A stretch of 62,546 nucleotides of DNA, the filler included, from Stramenopiles sp. TOSAG23-6 (Eukaryota), in NCBI GenBank assembly GCA_900128565.1. It is 6 parts of 6 records of this genome, joined end to end, with 100 filler letters (N's around TTAATTAATTAA, not from the genome) between each part and the next. Parts side by side here need not be neighbours in the genome. Positions count along the whole stretch, not along the records: positions 36,693 to 48,817 come from LT636218.1; positions 48,918 to 61,041 come from LT636219.1; 4 more parts are not named here. One strand, 5' to 3'. Both the position numbers and the translations under genes were made by a program. Within the stretch, counting starts at the first letter, position 1. Every line of letters starts with the position of its first letter. Of this stretch, positions 37,161-48,983 are shown piece after piece. Under the pieces are notes generated by a model. It saw nothing but the letters and a program-made list of their open reading frames with translations, was not told where the DNA came from and did not search any database.

Positions 37161-37540
37161 TTAATACGTAATTGACAAGCTCGTTGCTCTGCTGCTTTTG
37201 ACACAGGTCCCAATGTTTCCTGTTGTAACTGTAATTTATTTAATTTTGATAAAATTACTTCATTACTCAGTTGACTGCTCACCAATTTGATTTTTTTGTT
37301 CAATCAAAAATCTGATTGATTTGATTAGATTCGATTATCAGATTATGGTAAAGATATACAACAATTTGGAATAAAATAAGACACATACATAAAAACTCTT
37401 CTTGGTAAAACAAATTTTTATTAGCAAAAAATAAAACTCAATTTTACCTTAACTTATATCATGCAGTCAAATTTTGGGTTATTACTCTAAACATATACAT
37501 GACAAACTCATAAAACAGCTTTCTTTCAATATATATTGAA

Positions 37541-39738
37541 TTAATAACCTAAGAAATGTACAAGAGCACAAACTGTGAGAAGTAAACTCCAGTTACCTTG
37601 AATGATTCCACCAGGCGCACCATTATCAGGTGTAGCTCTATCTCGATGAGCTATTTTGTGAGCTGGCGTTGGAGGTGACTCTGGCGTTGGAGGTGACGCT
37701 GGCGTTGGATGTGACTCTGGTTGCAAAGGTTGCTGTGGGTTTGATTTCGGAGGTGGCGTTGTTGGAGCTGGCGTTGGAGCTGGCGTTGGAGCTGGCGTTG
37801 GAGCTGGCGTTGTTGGAGCTGGCGTTGGAGCTGGCGTTGGATCTGGCGTTGTTGGAGCTGGCGTTGGATCTGGCGTTGGAGCTGGTGTTGGAGCTGGCGT
37901 TGGAGCTGGCGTTGGTTTGTTTTTCATATCAGACTGAGTATAATATGTCAGTAGCATTACAAATGAATAAATATTACAACTTTGAAAATAAAATATTTCA
38001 AAGAAGCGTTTGTAAACAACATACCATATAGCTTCAAGGCCTTTACCTTTTCCACACCTTTTACAATTAAAGTCGGCACCAGGCGTTTTACAAATATTAT
38101 ATGGAAAATATGTTACATTGATTTTTCTGTGTAAATCTTAATAGTTTTAAACAATACTAAACTAAAAGTACCATTTGTTATGAATATAAAGTACGCAATG
38201 TAATATATACAATATGATAACTCTACANCAAATGAATAAAAGTCAATATTGAAAAAATATAGTATTAGATGTACAATTCATAAAATACTTGCAATAATTT
38301 TTAGAATATGTCACAACTTCACCACAAATGAATAAATATTAACTTTACGTAGTACATTTTAAATATGTATCATCAAAATATGTAAAAAGTACCAGTCTNT
38401 TTTTNTTAAAGGTGTCGTATCTTTATCACCTTTAGCATTTTTNTGACCGTCTTTAGTATNTNTGCAANTNCCACAATCGAGTTGANCGGNACACATACAC
38501 TGTGGACAATATATAACTTTTTCTACTACTGAGTAAACAATNATACTACTAAAGGGCAAGATGTTTTAGCCTAATTTAAAACCAATACAAAATATTTGAT
38601 GTATTGTGTACAATATCTTGATTATAACTAAAATAAATAAACACTGGTTGCATTAAAATGCGTAAAATTATTCAATTTCTGTTAATAATTAGAAAATACC
38701 AAATATGGTGCATATTATATGTCAATTGTAGTACAAATGAATTACAACAGTATTTGCCTATGGTTTCAATTAACAATAAATTTGTTTCAAATCAATAAAA
38801 TGTATCCTTTTGAATCTTCGCCGCATCCAGCGTTTTCTTCAGGGTTAGCACATTGCAAATAATGTACACAATAAATCAATGATGAAACACGTAAACAATT
38901 ATAATTTGATCAAGTTTTTTTCTCGTAATAGTAATACATCCAACAGATAGAACATTCTCAATAAAATGTGTACCATATGCAAATAATAAGAAATATGAAT
39001 CATAATTTTTCCAATAGACTCATCGTTCTAGCAATGCTTGTTAGAAATACAATATACGCCACATAATGTATAGAATATGCAAATAATAAGAAATATGAAT
39101 GACCATAACTCTATCAAAAGATCCATTGTTGTAGCAATATATGTAATACTTAGCAAATACGTAATATAATGTGCNAAGTATTTACATTAGATGACAAATA
39201 AAAAATGTTGATACCGTATAAAATTACACAAATTATTCTGTTGACTGTAATAAATAGAAAATACCAAATGTGGTGTAGGATATATGTCAATTGTACTGTA
39301 AATGAATAAACAGTGATGCTATACAAAGTTTAGTATTATAGTCTCATTTCAAATGAACTGAAAATACTTGATCTTTGATGTCACCGCCTTGTTCACCACC
39401 GCTGTTGCTTCTTTTTTCATGTGATACACGATATATGTCAATGGTACCGAAAATGAATAAACAGTAATATATACAAGGTGTAGTATTATTATATCAACTT
39501 CAAATAAATATCGTATACGCGCTTCCGAACCATTTTTTAATGTGATACATGATATATGTCAATGGTACCGAAAATGAATAAACAGTAATATTATACAACG
39601 TGTAGTATTATTATATCAACTTTAAATAAATATCGTATACAGGTTATCCCCCGGACGCCATCCTTTCGCATCAACAGTTTCAAATTGGTTCGCAACAAAT
39701 ACAGCAAGCAGAAATACTGAGAGATATTTTGTTTTCAT
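37541..39738 (-). CDS. Micro-exon gene (or pseudogene) for a secreted Cys-rich, (TPAP)n-stalked, possibly GPI-anchored surface protein
   Basis: Signal-peptide exon 39738-39641, in-frame 21-nt and 51-nt exons, and a last exon with PTPA repeats and a hydrophobic C-terminus. The middle exons cannot be fully phased. Confidence 0.5.
37755..37915 (-). repeat. 12-bp tandem repeat (GGCGTTGGAGCT on +) encoding TPAP
   Basis: Seen directly in the sequence. Confidence 0.9.
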
Positions 39739-40288
39739 CGTTATTTTTGCTATTCGAGTAAATATATATACATGAATGGTTTAATGTGTAAGTGTGCCGA
39801 AACTATGTTCTATCGGATTACTCACTGTGGAAAACCTCGTTTGAAAGGTCTTTAGTACTCGTTTTGCATTGCACTAAAGTTTGTCCACATGGACTTTCAA
39901 TTACAACTGTCGTTATCATAAACGATACTTCAAATGACATTTAAAGTGTTGGATATGGAGAAAATAATTATAATAACAATGTGTGTGGTATACGTACCTT
40001 TTGCGGAAGAGTATCGGGTGATTTTTATAATACGCTCTTTCTTTGCGTCGGTTGGATTTCAAATTGCAAGGGCAAGCGGAGAACAGAAAGAACAACAAAT
40101 TTTAAAAACAGGATACGATTTTGAATGCGTTCCTCCATGTGGTGTGATACCCGGTACTTACAACCCTAACCCTAGATTGATGTTGACTATCGGACATAAT
40201 ATCGCAGTTACATTCTATTCGACAAATTTTATTTTCACTCGGAAGTAGATTTGATAGTACTCGTAGTATAACACAAAAATACAATAAT

Positions 40289-42436
40289 ATGGATGTAGAT
40301 TTGCCCTACTTGGACATTCTCTGTTCAATGGATGATGCAGAAGCAGCAATTCAGACAGAATTAATAGGAAAGCACCCAGATAGGCTACTTCACATAATGA
40401 CCCAATGTGTTGGTTTAGCGCGGGTCCAAGAAATAGGATGCCGTGCTATTTCTCTTTTATTGAGTGATCCAAAGGATTCACAGCAATTAAAGCTACTTTT
40501 ACTTGAAGCACATGTGATTGATGTACTTTCCAAAGTAATGAGCTTACATCCGAAAAATAAAGGTGTACAAGTACAAGCTATGTTTACTTTTTCATACCTA
40601 TGCTGGGGTGACTGCAGCGTATCTTCACAATGTGTACGCGCTGGATTAGATACACTGATATGTGAAGCAATGGCAAAACACCCAGAAAATATTATTCTTC
40701 AAGAATCTGCATGCCGATTAATTTCTATTTTAACTACAAACCATAGATTAAATCAGGTAAATATTTATCGTAGAGGAGCGATCAAACTAATACTTTCTGC
40801 TATAAACTATATTTCTTTACCAAAAATAAAAGAAAGCAAAGAAATTGTCTCACAATTGAAACCAAAATTAATTTTATCGGGCTGTTTTGCACTCTATAAT
40901 TTGACCAGAATTGGTGATGCACTTGACGAGATTCAAGGCAATATTACTACAGATGAGGATATTCAGGAGAATAGTAAAGCAAAAGTTATAGTTGATGCTT
41001 TAGAAAATATTTTCACAATCCTTGTAGAAAGTACAAATCATTTAAAATTACAGGAATGGGGATTTCGTGTGATTGCATGTATTACATTTCAAAGAATTGA
41101 CCTACAGAATGTATTAGTAAAAAAAGGAATTTCTTTACAAATTGTGAAAATTTTAAAATTACACCAGAAAGTAGCACCCGTGTGTATTTCTGTTTGTCAA
41201 ACTTTGTATGTATTTGCTTATAATAACAAAAGGGTGTGCGGCGAGACTTTTCGATACAATTCTATTTCTATTTTGTGTAATATTTGCAAATTTCATACAG
41301 ACAATAATAATGTTGTGAGTAATGTATTGAGATGTATGTGTTGTTTAACAAATATATCCCGCGGAATTGAACAGCTGATAGAAAATGAAGATTATATTTC
41401 TATAATTTCACATGTCTTTGAAGATACTACTACTACTAATGACAATAGTAATAATATAAATGAAATAATTGTAAATGCACTAATGCTACTTACAAATATT
41501 TGTAGTAACGATATAGCCCAAAACAAAATTGGGAAAAGTTCATTGTTTGATCGTATAATATCATTACTTATTAAAAATGTTCAAAACTTTAAAATTTCAA
41601 GTTGGTGTATTGCAGTTTTGTGCGCTCTGACTATTGAAAATGATCCAATTATACAAAAAATCACAAGTAGTAACATTTGTATTATTCTCATAAAGTCGAT
41701 TTATAATGATATTCAGTGTAGTTCAACAAAAACAGAACAACAAAAAATAATGAAAAACAAGCATCAAGAAGAAAGTTTGTTTTTGGTAATTAATACATTG
41801 CGACTAATTTATGCAATTTCATTTTCAGGAAAAAATTCTTCCTATAAAAGTGTACTAGGTAAAGAGATTTATGCTCTTTTACTTGATGTACTCACCAACG
41901 AAAAGTATCAAAATAATAACATATTAATAATGAATACCATGAAATGTATATCATCCTTATGTTTTCATTGTCCTAGCAATCAAATGATGTTTTCTGAACC
42001 TGCGGAACAGGTTGGTCAAGTAAATGAAGATTCTTCCAACAAGATAAAAAATACAAAAAGTGATCCATCGATTATACCCTCGATACTTCGTTGTATGCGA
42101 TTGCATAAACTTAATGAAGAAGTTCAAGAATGGTCGTGTACCTCAATTTATAATTTAAGTGTTAATATTACAAATCAAATTTTATTCGGCGATCTTGGTG
42201 CCATTGAAGATATTTTGTATGCAATGAAAGCATTTGAAAACAGTTCCGTTATTCAAGAACAAGGTTGTGTGGCTCTTAGAACATTGTGTTTTCGAAATAA
42301 ATTAAACAGAATCCGTGTAAAAAAATTGGATGGTATAGATATTGTTCTAGTAGGTATGAAAATACACAGCGACAATGCAGATGTACTTTATTGGGGGGAG
42401 AAGGCACTAAAATGTATTCGCAACACAAAAAAATAA
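40289..42436 (+). CDS. Armadillo-repeat protein
   Basis: Repeated M..H..N..VQE..C..L..L units; intronless 715-aa ORF. Confidence 0.85.
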   Translation: MDVDLPYLDILCSMDDAEAAIQTELIGKHPDRLLHIMTQCVGLARVQEIGCRAISLLLSDPKDSQQLKLLLLEAHVIDVLSKVMSLHPKNKGVQVQAMFTFSYLCWGDCSVSSQCVRAGLDTLICEAMAKHPENIILQESACRLISILTTNHRLNQVNIYRRGAIKLILSAINYISLPKIKESKEIVSQLKPKLILSGCFALYNLTRIGDALDEIQGNITTDEDIQENSKAKVIVDALENIFTILVESTNHLKLQEWGFRVIACITFQRIDLQNVLVKKGISLQIVKILKLHQKVAPVCISVCQTLYVFAYNNKRVCGETFRYNSISILCNICKFHTDNNNVVSNVLRCMCCLTNISRGIEQLIENEDYISIISHVFEDTTTTNDNSNNINEIIVNALMLLTNICSNDIAQNKIGKSSLFDRIISLLIKNVQNFKISSWCIAVLCALTIENDPIIQKITSSNICIILIKSIYNDIQCSSTKTEQQKIMKNKHQEESLFLVINTLRLIYAISFSGKNSSYKSVLGKEIYALLLDVLTNEKYQNNNILIMNTMKCISSLCFHCPSNQMMFSEPAEQVGQVNEDSSNKIKNTKSDPSIIPSILRCMRLHKLNEEVQEWSCTSIYNLSVNITNQILFGDLGAIEDILYAMKAFENSSVIQEQGCVALRTLCFRNKLNRIRVKKLDGIDIVLVGMKIHSDNADVLYWGEKALKCIRNTKK

Positions 42437-42598
42437 AAAATTCATTGTGTTTTTATTCTTTAAACATAATTTCATTCTTTATTTCTGTTTTGAAAATGAA
42501 CCTCCATCGGGAGATGAAGTCATCTGCGCTACTCATGAACACTGTCTGTATAATTTCCTTACATTCTTCATTTGTTTTTGTTCGCTATTATTGGTCTC

Positions 42599-45500
42599 TT
42601 ATTTTCCAGTGAATGCTAATCCAGATATAGTAGGTGCTTCACACCAATCTTGCCCATACACTTTCTTCAACAACTCAGAAGATTTTTCTTTTTTCTTCAA
42701 TATTTCCTTGGTCGGCTTTTTTGCTGTGGGATATGCTTTATTACAAGTTTCATTTATTGTAATATGATCATCTTGATTTTTTGAATTTGCCATTTTCTGT
42801 GAAGATTTAATCTGTTTTCGTATATTTTGCACAAAACTATCACGTGAACCTGGATACTTTTGTACTTTATCCAATACATTTTCATCTCTATTAAATCGCT
42901 GTCGACGACGTTTGTACCCTTTTAAAGCTGCGTAATTAATTCCACCTACACCGCTTATATCCGGGATTTCTTCATTTGTTTTCACACCTGTTGAAATGTT
43001 TGAAAGTTTTCTATTTTTTTTTGAAATATTTTCAAAATTTTGTTGACTTTCAGTATACTCAGTAAAGTTGAAATTTTTCTCAAATAAATTTACAGCTTCG
43101 CGTGTAGCACGATCAGTTTCAGCAATGACTCGGGGGTTTTGCTTATAAACAGCACTTGTTTTAGTTAAAACGTGAATCAGTCCAGCTGTAGGAGTTTTTT
43201 TCTTCTTAGACTTTGTGTTTTTGCGCATTTGTTTTTGAACATGTTTTTTTGTTTTGGATCTTGAGATTTTCGATGAATTTTGAGTTCGTCTTTGTTTGCT
43301 TTTTCTAAGCATCTTCGGTGTTTTCGCTTTTAAAGAATTTGCAAATTCGCGAGCTGATGACTGAATATTTTTCCCAACACCATCATCAATATTATTATTA
43401 TGATTAGGGGTAGTTGCAGTAGTTGATAATCTTTGCAATCTTCTAATTTCACTTTTAATATTAGCTGCACTATGAAAATCTTCTACTTTTATAGCGATTT
43501 GTTTTAAAGCTTCTAATCTCTCAATTTCTTCATTTGTAGCATGTATTTCGCTTAAAGCTTCAATTTGCTCTTTCAACCGGGCAGCTTCATTGTAATTCTC
43601 TGCCTCTACAGCTTCTTTCAGTTTCACTTTTAATGCCCTCTTTGTTTCATAAATGACTTTCCCAGTTTCACTCAAATTTTGAATTTGATCAATTTTATGC
43701 TCATTTTTATCACCTATTTTATTATCAATCTTATGCTCATTTTTAACATTATTTGTTTTTGTACTTTGTATTGAATCATAAGAAATAGTATTTTCTTCTT
43801 TGATAGAATGCTTATTATTAATTGTATTGCGACTGGCATGACGCACTATTGCACTTTGTGGTCGTTTTGTTATTCGTTTTTTTTTATGCAAATTCTTTTT
43901 CGAATAAACTATTCTCTCTTGGGCAGGTCTGCGTAATGCTGCACTCATAGGTCGAACAGGTCTGGGCAATATCGCCTTCTTATCAACTGTATTACTCCAC
44001 TCTTTTGAAATAGATCGAATTCCAGACCAATCTCTGCCATAACCATATACACTTTGCTTTTGTTGGCGCTTTTTCTGCCGCTGTAAACGACGATATGATG
44101 CAGCTTTTGCAATAGATCGAACTCGATTTCGTGTTTTTTGCTCAGACGCAGCGAACTTTTGCAACATTTGATTTGTTTCTATTCTAACTTTTTTATCATT
44201 TAATTTTGCTGCTAAACCTCGGAGTCTCGCCTCATAATGTGCAGTTTCTCGTAATTTATTTATACGAATCTCTTCAATGTTTGATACATTTTCAGAAATT
44301 TTCATTTTATCTTCAATTATTCGATTTTGTCTTCTTTCGCGTGCGTTTTTTCTCTTGATAAATTCTTTTTCTCTTTTTTTATAACCAGAAAAAAAGCTAT
44401 GAACGTTTGTCTTTGTTGCATTTGATGAATTTGATGAATTTGATGAATTTGTTGAATGAGTTAAAGTTACTGTATTTATTGAATCTGTTTGCATCTTTGG
44501 AGGTGATTTTCTAAAAGGGTTATCATTTGTGTTTTGAGATATTCCATCACTAACGGTGGCTCCACTAATAGAACTATCTATACTAGTTGAATCCACCAAA
44601 TATTCAGAAGAGTAATCCGTAGATAAAGAGTCACCATCACTGTGAATTGTATTTGCACCCTGAGACTTCATCGGCAGACGATACTGGGCTACATATAAAC
44701 AAAATTGTTCGAATGTAACAATTGGTCCAAGGCTATTCCTTTTAAATACTTTTGACTTTTTTGAACCTTTTGGACTTTTACTTTTCTGTTTTAACACCAT
44801 TTTACGTTGCTGTCGTTCAAGCTTTCGAAATGATGCATGAACTTCTTTCTCTCCCATGTCTTTCATACCAATTCTTTTTATCGCCGTTCTAAATCCTGGC
44901 AATGTTAAGTTCCCAAATGTTTCTTTACTTTCATTGTATGTTGGGTTCAATACTAAATATGCCGTATTGAAATAAAACAAATTCCGTAATAAACATGGAA
45001 AATAACATTCTTGTATCAATGTATTGTTTTGTACATTACATTGCATAGTACTGTAACATGTTTGTTTCACGGCAGCTAATACAGCATATTTATTATTCAA
45101 TTGTGGAAAGCTTTTAGATAAAAAATTACATAATGTAATTACACTGATTTTCCCTTGTGATTTCGTGTCCATTTCTTTCCATAAATCACTCAAATGACTG
45201 GAATCGGACAAAACTGTGCGCATATCAGTTTCTAATTGCCTTAACTCAGATGGAGTTAATTCAATACTTGTATTACTACTAATCGTAACACTTGCCAGAT
45301 TTTTCGTGGTTTTTGTAGTATTTGAAGAAGCCGCTATTTCACTTTCATGAAACGAAGAACCAGTTTTTGTGGACAATCCAGCTACTCTACTAGATGATGC
45401 ACGAAGTTGCCGAGCTGCTGCTTCACTATTTGCATCGAGTCTATTATTTTTCATATTTTGATTTCTTTTCAAGTTTTTTGAATCTCCAAGAAATTCTTCA

Positions 45501-47584
45501 GTAAATTTACCTGCATTACCTTGTAATTGATGCAATTCTCTTAATTTTTGTTGTACCTTAATTCGCCAACCTTCCTTTTCTGTATTTGATAAACCTCCAA
45601 CACCTGCCTTCTGTTCAGCTTCTTCTTGGTGTTTTTCTAGAGTACACAAATCTTGTAAAGTCTCAGAGATTCGACTTTGTGCCACTGCCGCTAGAAGCCT
45701 GATACATTTTAATATAAGTGGATGATTAGAATTACTCTTGTCATGCTTTGAATACATTTTTAAACATTTTGTGAAACAGTTTTGGGCCTCTACTAATTTA
45801 TTTTGGGCCTTCAATGAAATCCCTAAATCTATCCTAGTACTAATAACAGAAGTAGAAGAAGCTTTTAACCCCGCAGTTAACTTTCCATGTAAAACATTTC
45901 GTAAAGAATACTCGGCCTCACTAGCATTATCAAATGTAACATAACCCATACAACATTCAGATAATTGTTCGTGTGCTAGCCAAGTACCAGGGTGTTTCAT
46001 GCTACGAAAAGATTTTGATAGAATAGCTGCTCGCGATAATAATGGAGCTGCTTTACCATAAGATATTCTTGTTCCAACTTTCATATATTGTCGTCCAGCA
46101 CTCAGCAATGTGCCAAAACATAAATCTATATACCACGAAAAAATTGTCTCTTTTAGATTTATGTTTTTTTGATTATTCATATCGTTGCTTTGATCATTTT
46201 TCATACGTTGTAACAATTCTCGCGTTATTGCAGTCCCTTTATTACTATAACTTATGTTTCTTGTATAATCACTTAAGTGATATTCGATATTTCGTAGCCA
46301 TTGTAAATGATGGCTGGACCATTTTTCACTTTCATCAGCAATTGGATGATTATTGTTGTCAATAATACTACAATCACTAACATTATTTGATACCAGGGTA
46401 TTATTATTATTATCTAAAATACTGCACATGGAAAGCTCTTCTGTCGGTGCACAAAGGGCATTTTCTAGTGACAATACTTCAGTTGCACTTAGATAAATGC
46501 TGAAGGTTTCTTTTCTTGACAAAACTGCTTCCAACAAACACGGAATTTCGTGTAAAACAAAAGGTTTATGCCATGGATATAATATAAATATTGTATTATC
46601 AATTGTCGAAATACCATTTGGTAATGCGTTTGTTAACCACCGAACATCAGTGGATATGGGTGATGTTGTGTGTAGGTTCACGCAGTAAATATCAATCCAA
46701 AAATATGGTTGATTTCTTGAATTTTCTTCTCCATCATGAATGTCATCTACAACACTGACATTTGTAGAAATATTCTGCAGTACTTCAACTAGTTCAATAA
46801 AAGGCATTTCTTGAGAATATGACACGAAATGTGTAGCTTTTGACACACTGTGAATTTCATTTGACTTTTTATCTAAAACGTGACCTAAAGCCGAATCTAG
46901 CAACATGGTTGTGATATTATTATCATTAACAGTATCAGTAGTATCATTTGTATAACCATTTGAAGATTTTCGAAGTACATTAGTAAAGCTTGTGAATTCT
47001 AATCGTGTTTTAGGCTTTATAAATAATTCACAAACCTGTTTTACAGACAAATCATCGTTGTTACTGTCTTTCACCATTTTTGCATGTTGTAATAAAAGAG
47101 CAATAGGAACACCATCAATTGGGAAAATATTTAGATCTTGTGGTGGAAAACGAAGACTTTGAGCATTCTCCACAGCTGTGCGTGCACGAATACATGCCTC
47201 ATTAGCTGCAGTTGACGCTCCAATTGAAACTATTTTTGCTGTCATAATTGCGCTTGTGATACACTTTATATTTTGCTTATGTGCTATTTTTCTACCAGAG
47301 TTACCTCTATACAATGATTGTACCTGTAAAGCAGCAGCGTCAACAGACTTTTCTCTTTCACTTGGTTGCTTTTCATGACTCGTAGAGTTGTGATCTCTCA
47401 AAAGACTGACTAAATTCTCGTGTGCCTCGATAGCGTGAATGAAAGTTTCTACAGAGATACAATCGTTGTCATTCTTTTTTGATGCTTCCCAGAGTGCTTC
47501 ACTCCAAGCAGTACCAGAAAGTTTCTTAGCTGTGTCTTTATCTATCTCTACAAATGAAATTGCTGATGTTGCAGCATTTCCCAT
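42599..47584 (-). CDS. 1661-aa multidomain protein: possible myristoylation site, IQ, HET/TIR-like, TPR, EF-hand-like, two UVR motifs
   Basis: MGNAATS; AALQVQSLYRG; ATHFVSYS...YFWIDIYCVNLH; LGISLKAQNKLVEAQNCF; WKEMDTKSQGKIS; EAVEAENYNEAARLKEQI. Confidence 0.7.
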   Translation of the reverse strand: MGNAATSAISFVEIDKDTAKKLSGTAWSEALWEASKKNDNDCISVETFIHAIEAHENLVSLLRDHNSTSHEKQPSEREKSVDAAALQVQSLYRGNSGRKIAHKQNIKCITSAIMTAKIVSIGASTAANEACIRARTAVENAQSLRFPPQDLNIFPIDGVPIALLLQHAKMVKDSNNDDLSVKQVCELFIKPKTRLEFTSFTNVLRKSSNGYTNDTTDTVNDNNITTMLLDSALGHVLDKKSNEIHSVSKATHFVSYSQEMPFIELVEVLQNISTNVSVVDDIHDGEENSRNQPYFWIDIYCVNLHTTSPISTDVRWLTNALPNGISTIDNTIFILYPWHKPFVLHEIPCLLEAVLSRKETFSIYLSATEVLSLENALCAPTEELSMCSILDNNNNTLVSNNVSDCSIIDNNNHPIADESEKWSSHHLQWLRNIEYHLSDYTRNISYSNKGTAITRELLQRMKNDQSNDMNNQKNINLKETIFSWYIDLCFGTLLSAGRQYMKVGTRISYGKAAPLLSRAAILSKSFRSMKHPGTWLAHEQLSECCMGYVTFDNASEAEYSLRNVLHGKLTAGLKASSTSVISTRIDLGISLKAQNKLVEAQNCFTKCLKMYSKHDKSNSNHPLILKCIRLLAAVAQSRISETLQDLCTLEKHQEEAEQKAGVGGLSNTEKEGWRIKVQQKLRELHQLQGNAGKFTEEFLGDSKNLKRNQNMKNNRLDANSEAAARQLRASSSRVAGLSTKTGSSFHESEIAASSNTTKTTKNLASVTISSNTSIELTPSELRQLETDMRTVLSDSSHLSDLWKEMDTKSQGKISVITLCNFLSKSFPQLNNKYAVLAAVKQTCYSTMQCNVQNNTLIQECYFPCLLRNLFYFNTAYLVLNPTYNESKETFGNLTLPGFRTAIKRIGMKDMGEKEVHASFRKLERQQRKMVLKQKSKSPKGSKKSKVFKRNSLGPIVTFEQFCLYVAQYRLPMKSQGANTIHSDGDSLSTDYSSEYLVDSTSIDSSISGATVSDGISQNTNDNPFRKSPPKMQTDSINTVTLTHSTNSSNSSNSSNATKTNVHSFFSGYKKREKEFIKRKNARERRQNRIIEDKMKISENVSNIEEIRINKLRETAHYEARLRGLAAKLNDKKVRIETNQMLQKFAASEQKTRNRVRSIAKAASYRRLQRQKKRQQKQSVYGYGRDWSGIRSISKEWSNTVDKKAILPRPVRPMSAALRRPAQERIVYSKKNLHKKKRITKRPQSAIVRHASRNTINNKHSIKEENTISYDSIQSTKTNNVKNEHKIDNKIGDKNEHKIDQIQNLSETGKVIYETKRALKVKLKEAVEAENYNEAARLKEQIEALSEIHATNEEIERLEALKQIAIKVEDFHSAANIKSEIRRLQRLSTTATTPNHNNNIDDGVGKNIQSSAREFANSLKAKTPKMLRKSKQRRTQNSSKISRSKTKKHVQKQMRKNTKSKKKKTPTAGLIHVLTKTSAVYKQNPRVIAETDRATREAVNLFEKNFNFTEYTESQQNFENISKKNRKLSNISTGVKTNEEIPDISGVGGINYAALKGYKRRRQRFNRDENVLDKVQKYPGSRDSFVQNIRKQIKSSQKMANSKNQDDHITINETCNKAYPTAKKPTKEILKKKEKSSELLKKVYGQDWCEAPTISGLAFTGK

Positions 47585-47797
47585 TGTATCGTGCTAGTCA
47601 ATTACTTTTATTAGCTAATGTACTAAAAAGTATTGGTGTGTGTCCGCATGGGCTTAAAATATCTAGCACGTTAACGTATATTGATTGCGTAACGGATGGA
47701 CTCGAGAGAAAAAAATGACGTTCGGGTGCCAGGTACCGTACAATATATATCCAAAATGATAGTAGAACGATAAAAAATAAGATGTCACAGTCTTCAT

Positions 47798-48568
47798 TTA
47801 TGTTGCCTTACTCTTTCTGATTGTATTATTCATTTTCATGGTGAAAACTGCATATAATCTCGTCAAATTAGCAATTGCACGAAATATAAAACCTGGTAAA
47901 GAAATAAAAACTAACCCAGGGGAATTACTAATTATGCCAATTGATAAACCCTCATATGAAAAACAGCCAAAGGCTAATCCAATTTTACTCTCTAGATACA
48001 TCCGTACAACAGCATAATCAAACCCAAGAAGTTTTTGATGAACTCCAACAACTTCAGAAAAGTAGCAAACGACTGCATGAGAAACAAATTCAACAGAAAG
48101 AGCGCAAAATAGTAAAATAAATGAAAGTGTATTTTCAGATATAGGTGAGTATTGTAATGGTCCACTCATAACAAATTCACCATTTTGTAAGACTGTAGCA
48201 GCAATATATAGTGCTAATATAGACGATATGCGATCAATAATCATATCCAAATAATAGCCAAGTTTAGAACACTGGTTTAAAGCTCTTGCGACGATCCCGT
48301 CAAAGCAGTCAAGAAAATACGAAAATCCATAGATCACAGCAAAACAATTACCTCTTGAGTAGTAATCGCCCAATGCGAGTGGCCAAATATCTTTATTATA
48401 TGCACAATCATTGAATCCTCCCATAGCTAGCCATAAAAATAAAATACGAACGTAGTCAATAATGTTTGCTGGGTAAACTAGAACAGCAAAGTCAGACAGT
48501 GAGAACTTACGCCCGACAACGTCGTCAAATTTACCACAACTCGCAGATTTATATTGCGAATCTGTCAT
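47798..48568 (-). CDS. CDP-alcohol phosphatidyltransferase, phosphatidylinositol synthase-like
   Basis: YPANIIDYVR and LDCFDGIVARALNQCSKLGYYLDMIIDR. Confidence 0.88.
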   Translation of the reverse strand: MTDSQYKSASCGKFDDVVGRKFSLSDFAVLVYPANIIDYVRILFLWLAMGGFNDCAYNKDIWPLALGDYYSRGNCFAVIYGFSYFLDCFDGIVARALNQCSKLGYYLDMIIDRISSILALYIAATVLQNGEFVMSGPLQYSPISENTLSFILLFCALSVEFVSHAVVCYFSEVVGVHQKLLGFDYAVVRMYLESKIGLAFGCFSYEGLSIGIISNSPGLVFISLPGFIFRAIANLTRLYAVFTMKMNNTIRKSKAT

Positions 48569-48817
48569 TTTCCTGTTAGTATTATGCAATTTGGGTATAT
48601 TACTTAATAATTTATACCAATCCTTGCTTTTGAAAGAACCTTTGCTTTATAGTGTTTACAGGTTCGAATTTTTTGGCTGCAACTTGCTCGGTGCTCGCAC
48701 TCGTGACTACTACTAGTCAAAAAAAAAAAAAAAAAAAAAAAAAAGCAGGTTTGCGTTCGTTTGCGTTTGAAAATAAAAAAAAAAAAAAATTTTTTTTTTT
48801 TTTTTCTTCAAAAAATT

Positions 48818-48917
48818 NNNNNNNNNNNNNNNNNNNNNNNNNNNNNNNNNNNNNNNNNNNNTTAATTAATTAANNNNNNNNNNNNNNNNNNNNNNNNNNN
48901 NNNNNNNNNNNNNNNNN
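48818..48917. other. Artificial contig linker
   Basis: N-TTAATTAATTAA-N. Confidence 0.97.
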
Positions 48918-48983
48918 TTTTTTTTTCATACGAAATTTCGTACCTAACGATTTTAATGTTTGAAATATTTTTCCAAAATACAT
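48918..48983 (+). mobile_element. Introner-like intron, 3' part (ends AT)
   Basis: Family core plus CCAAAATACAT. Confidence 0.8.
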
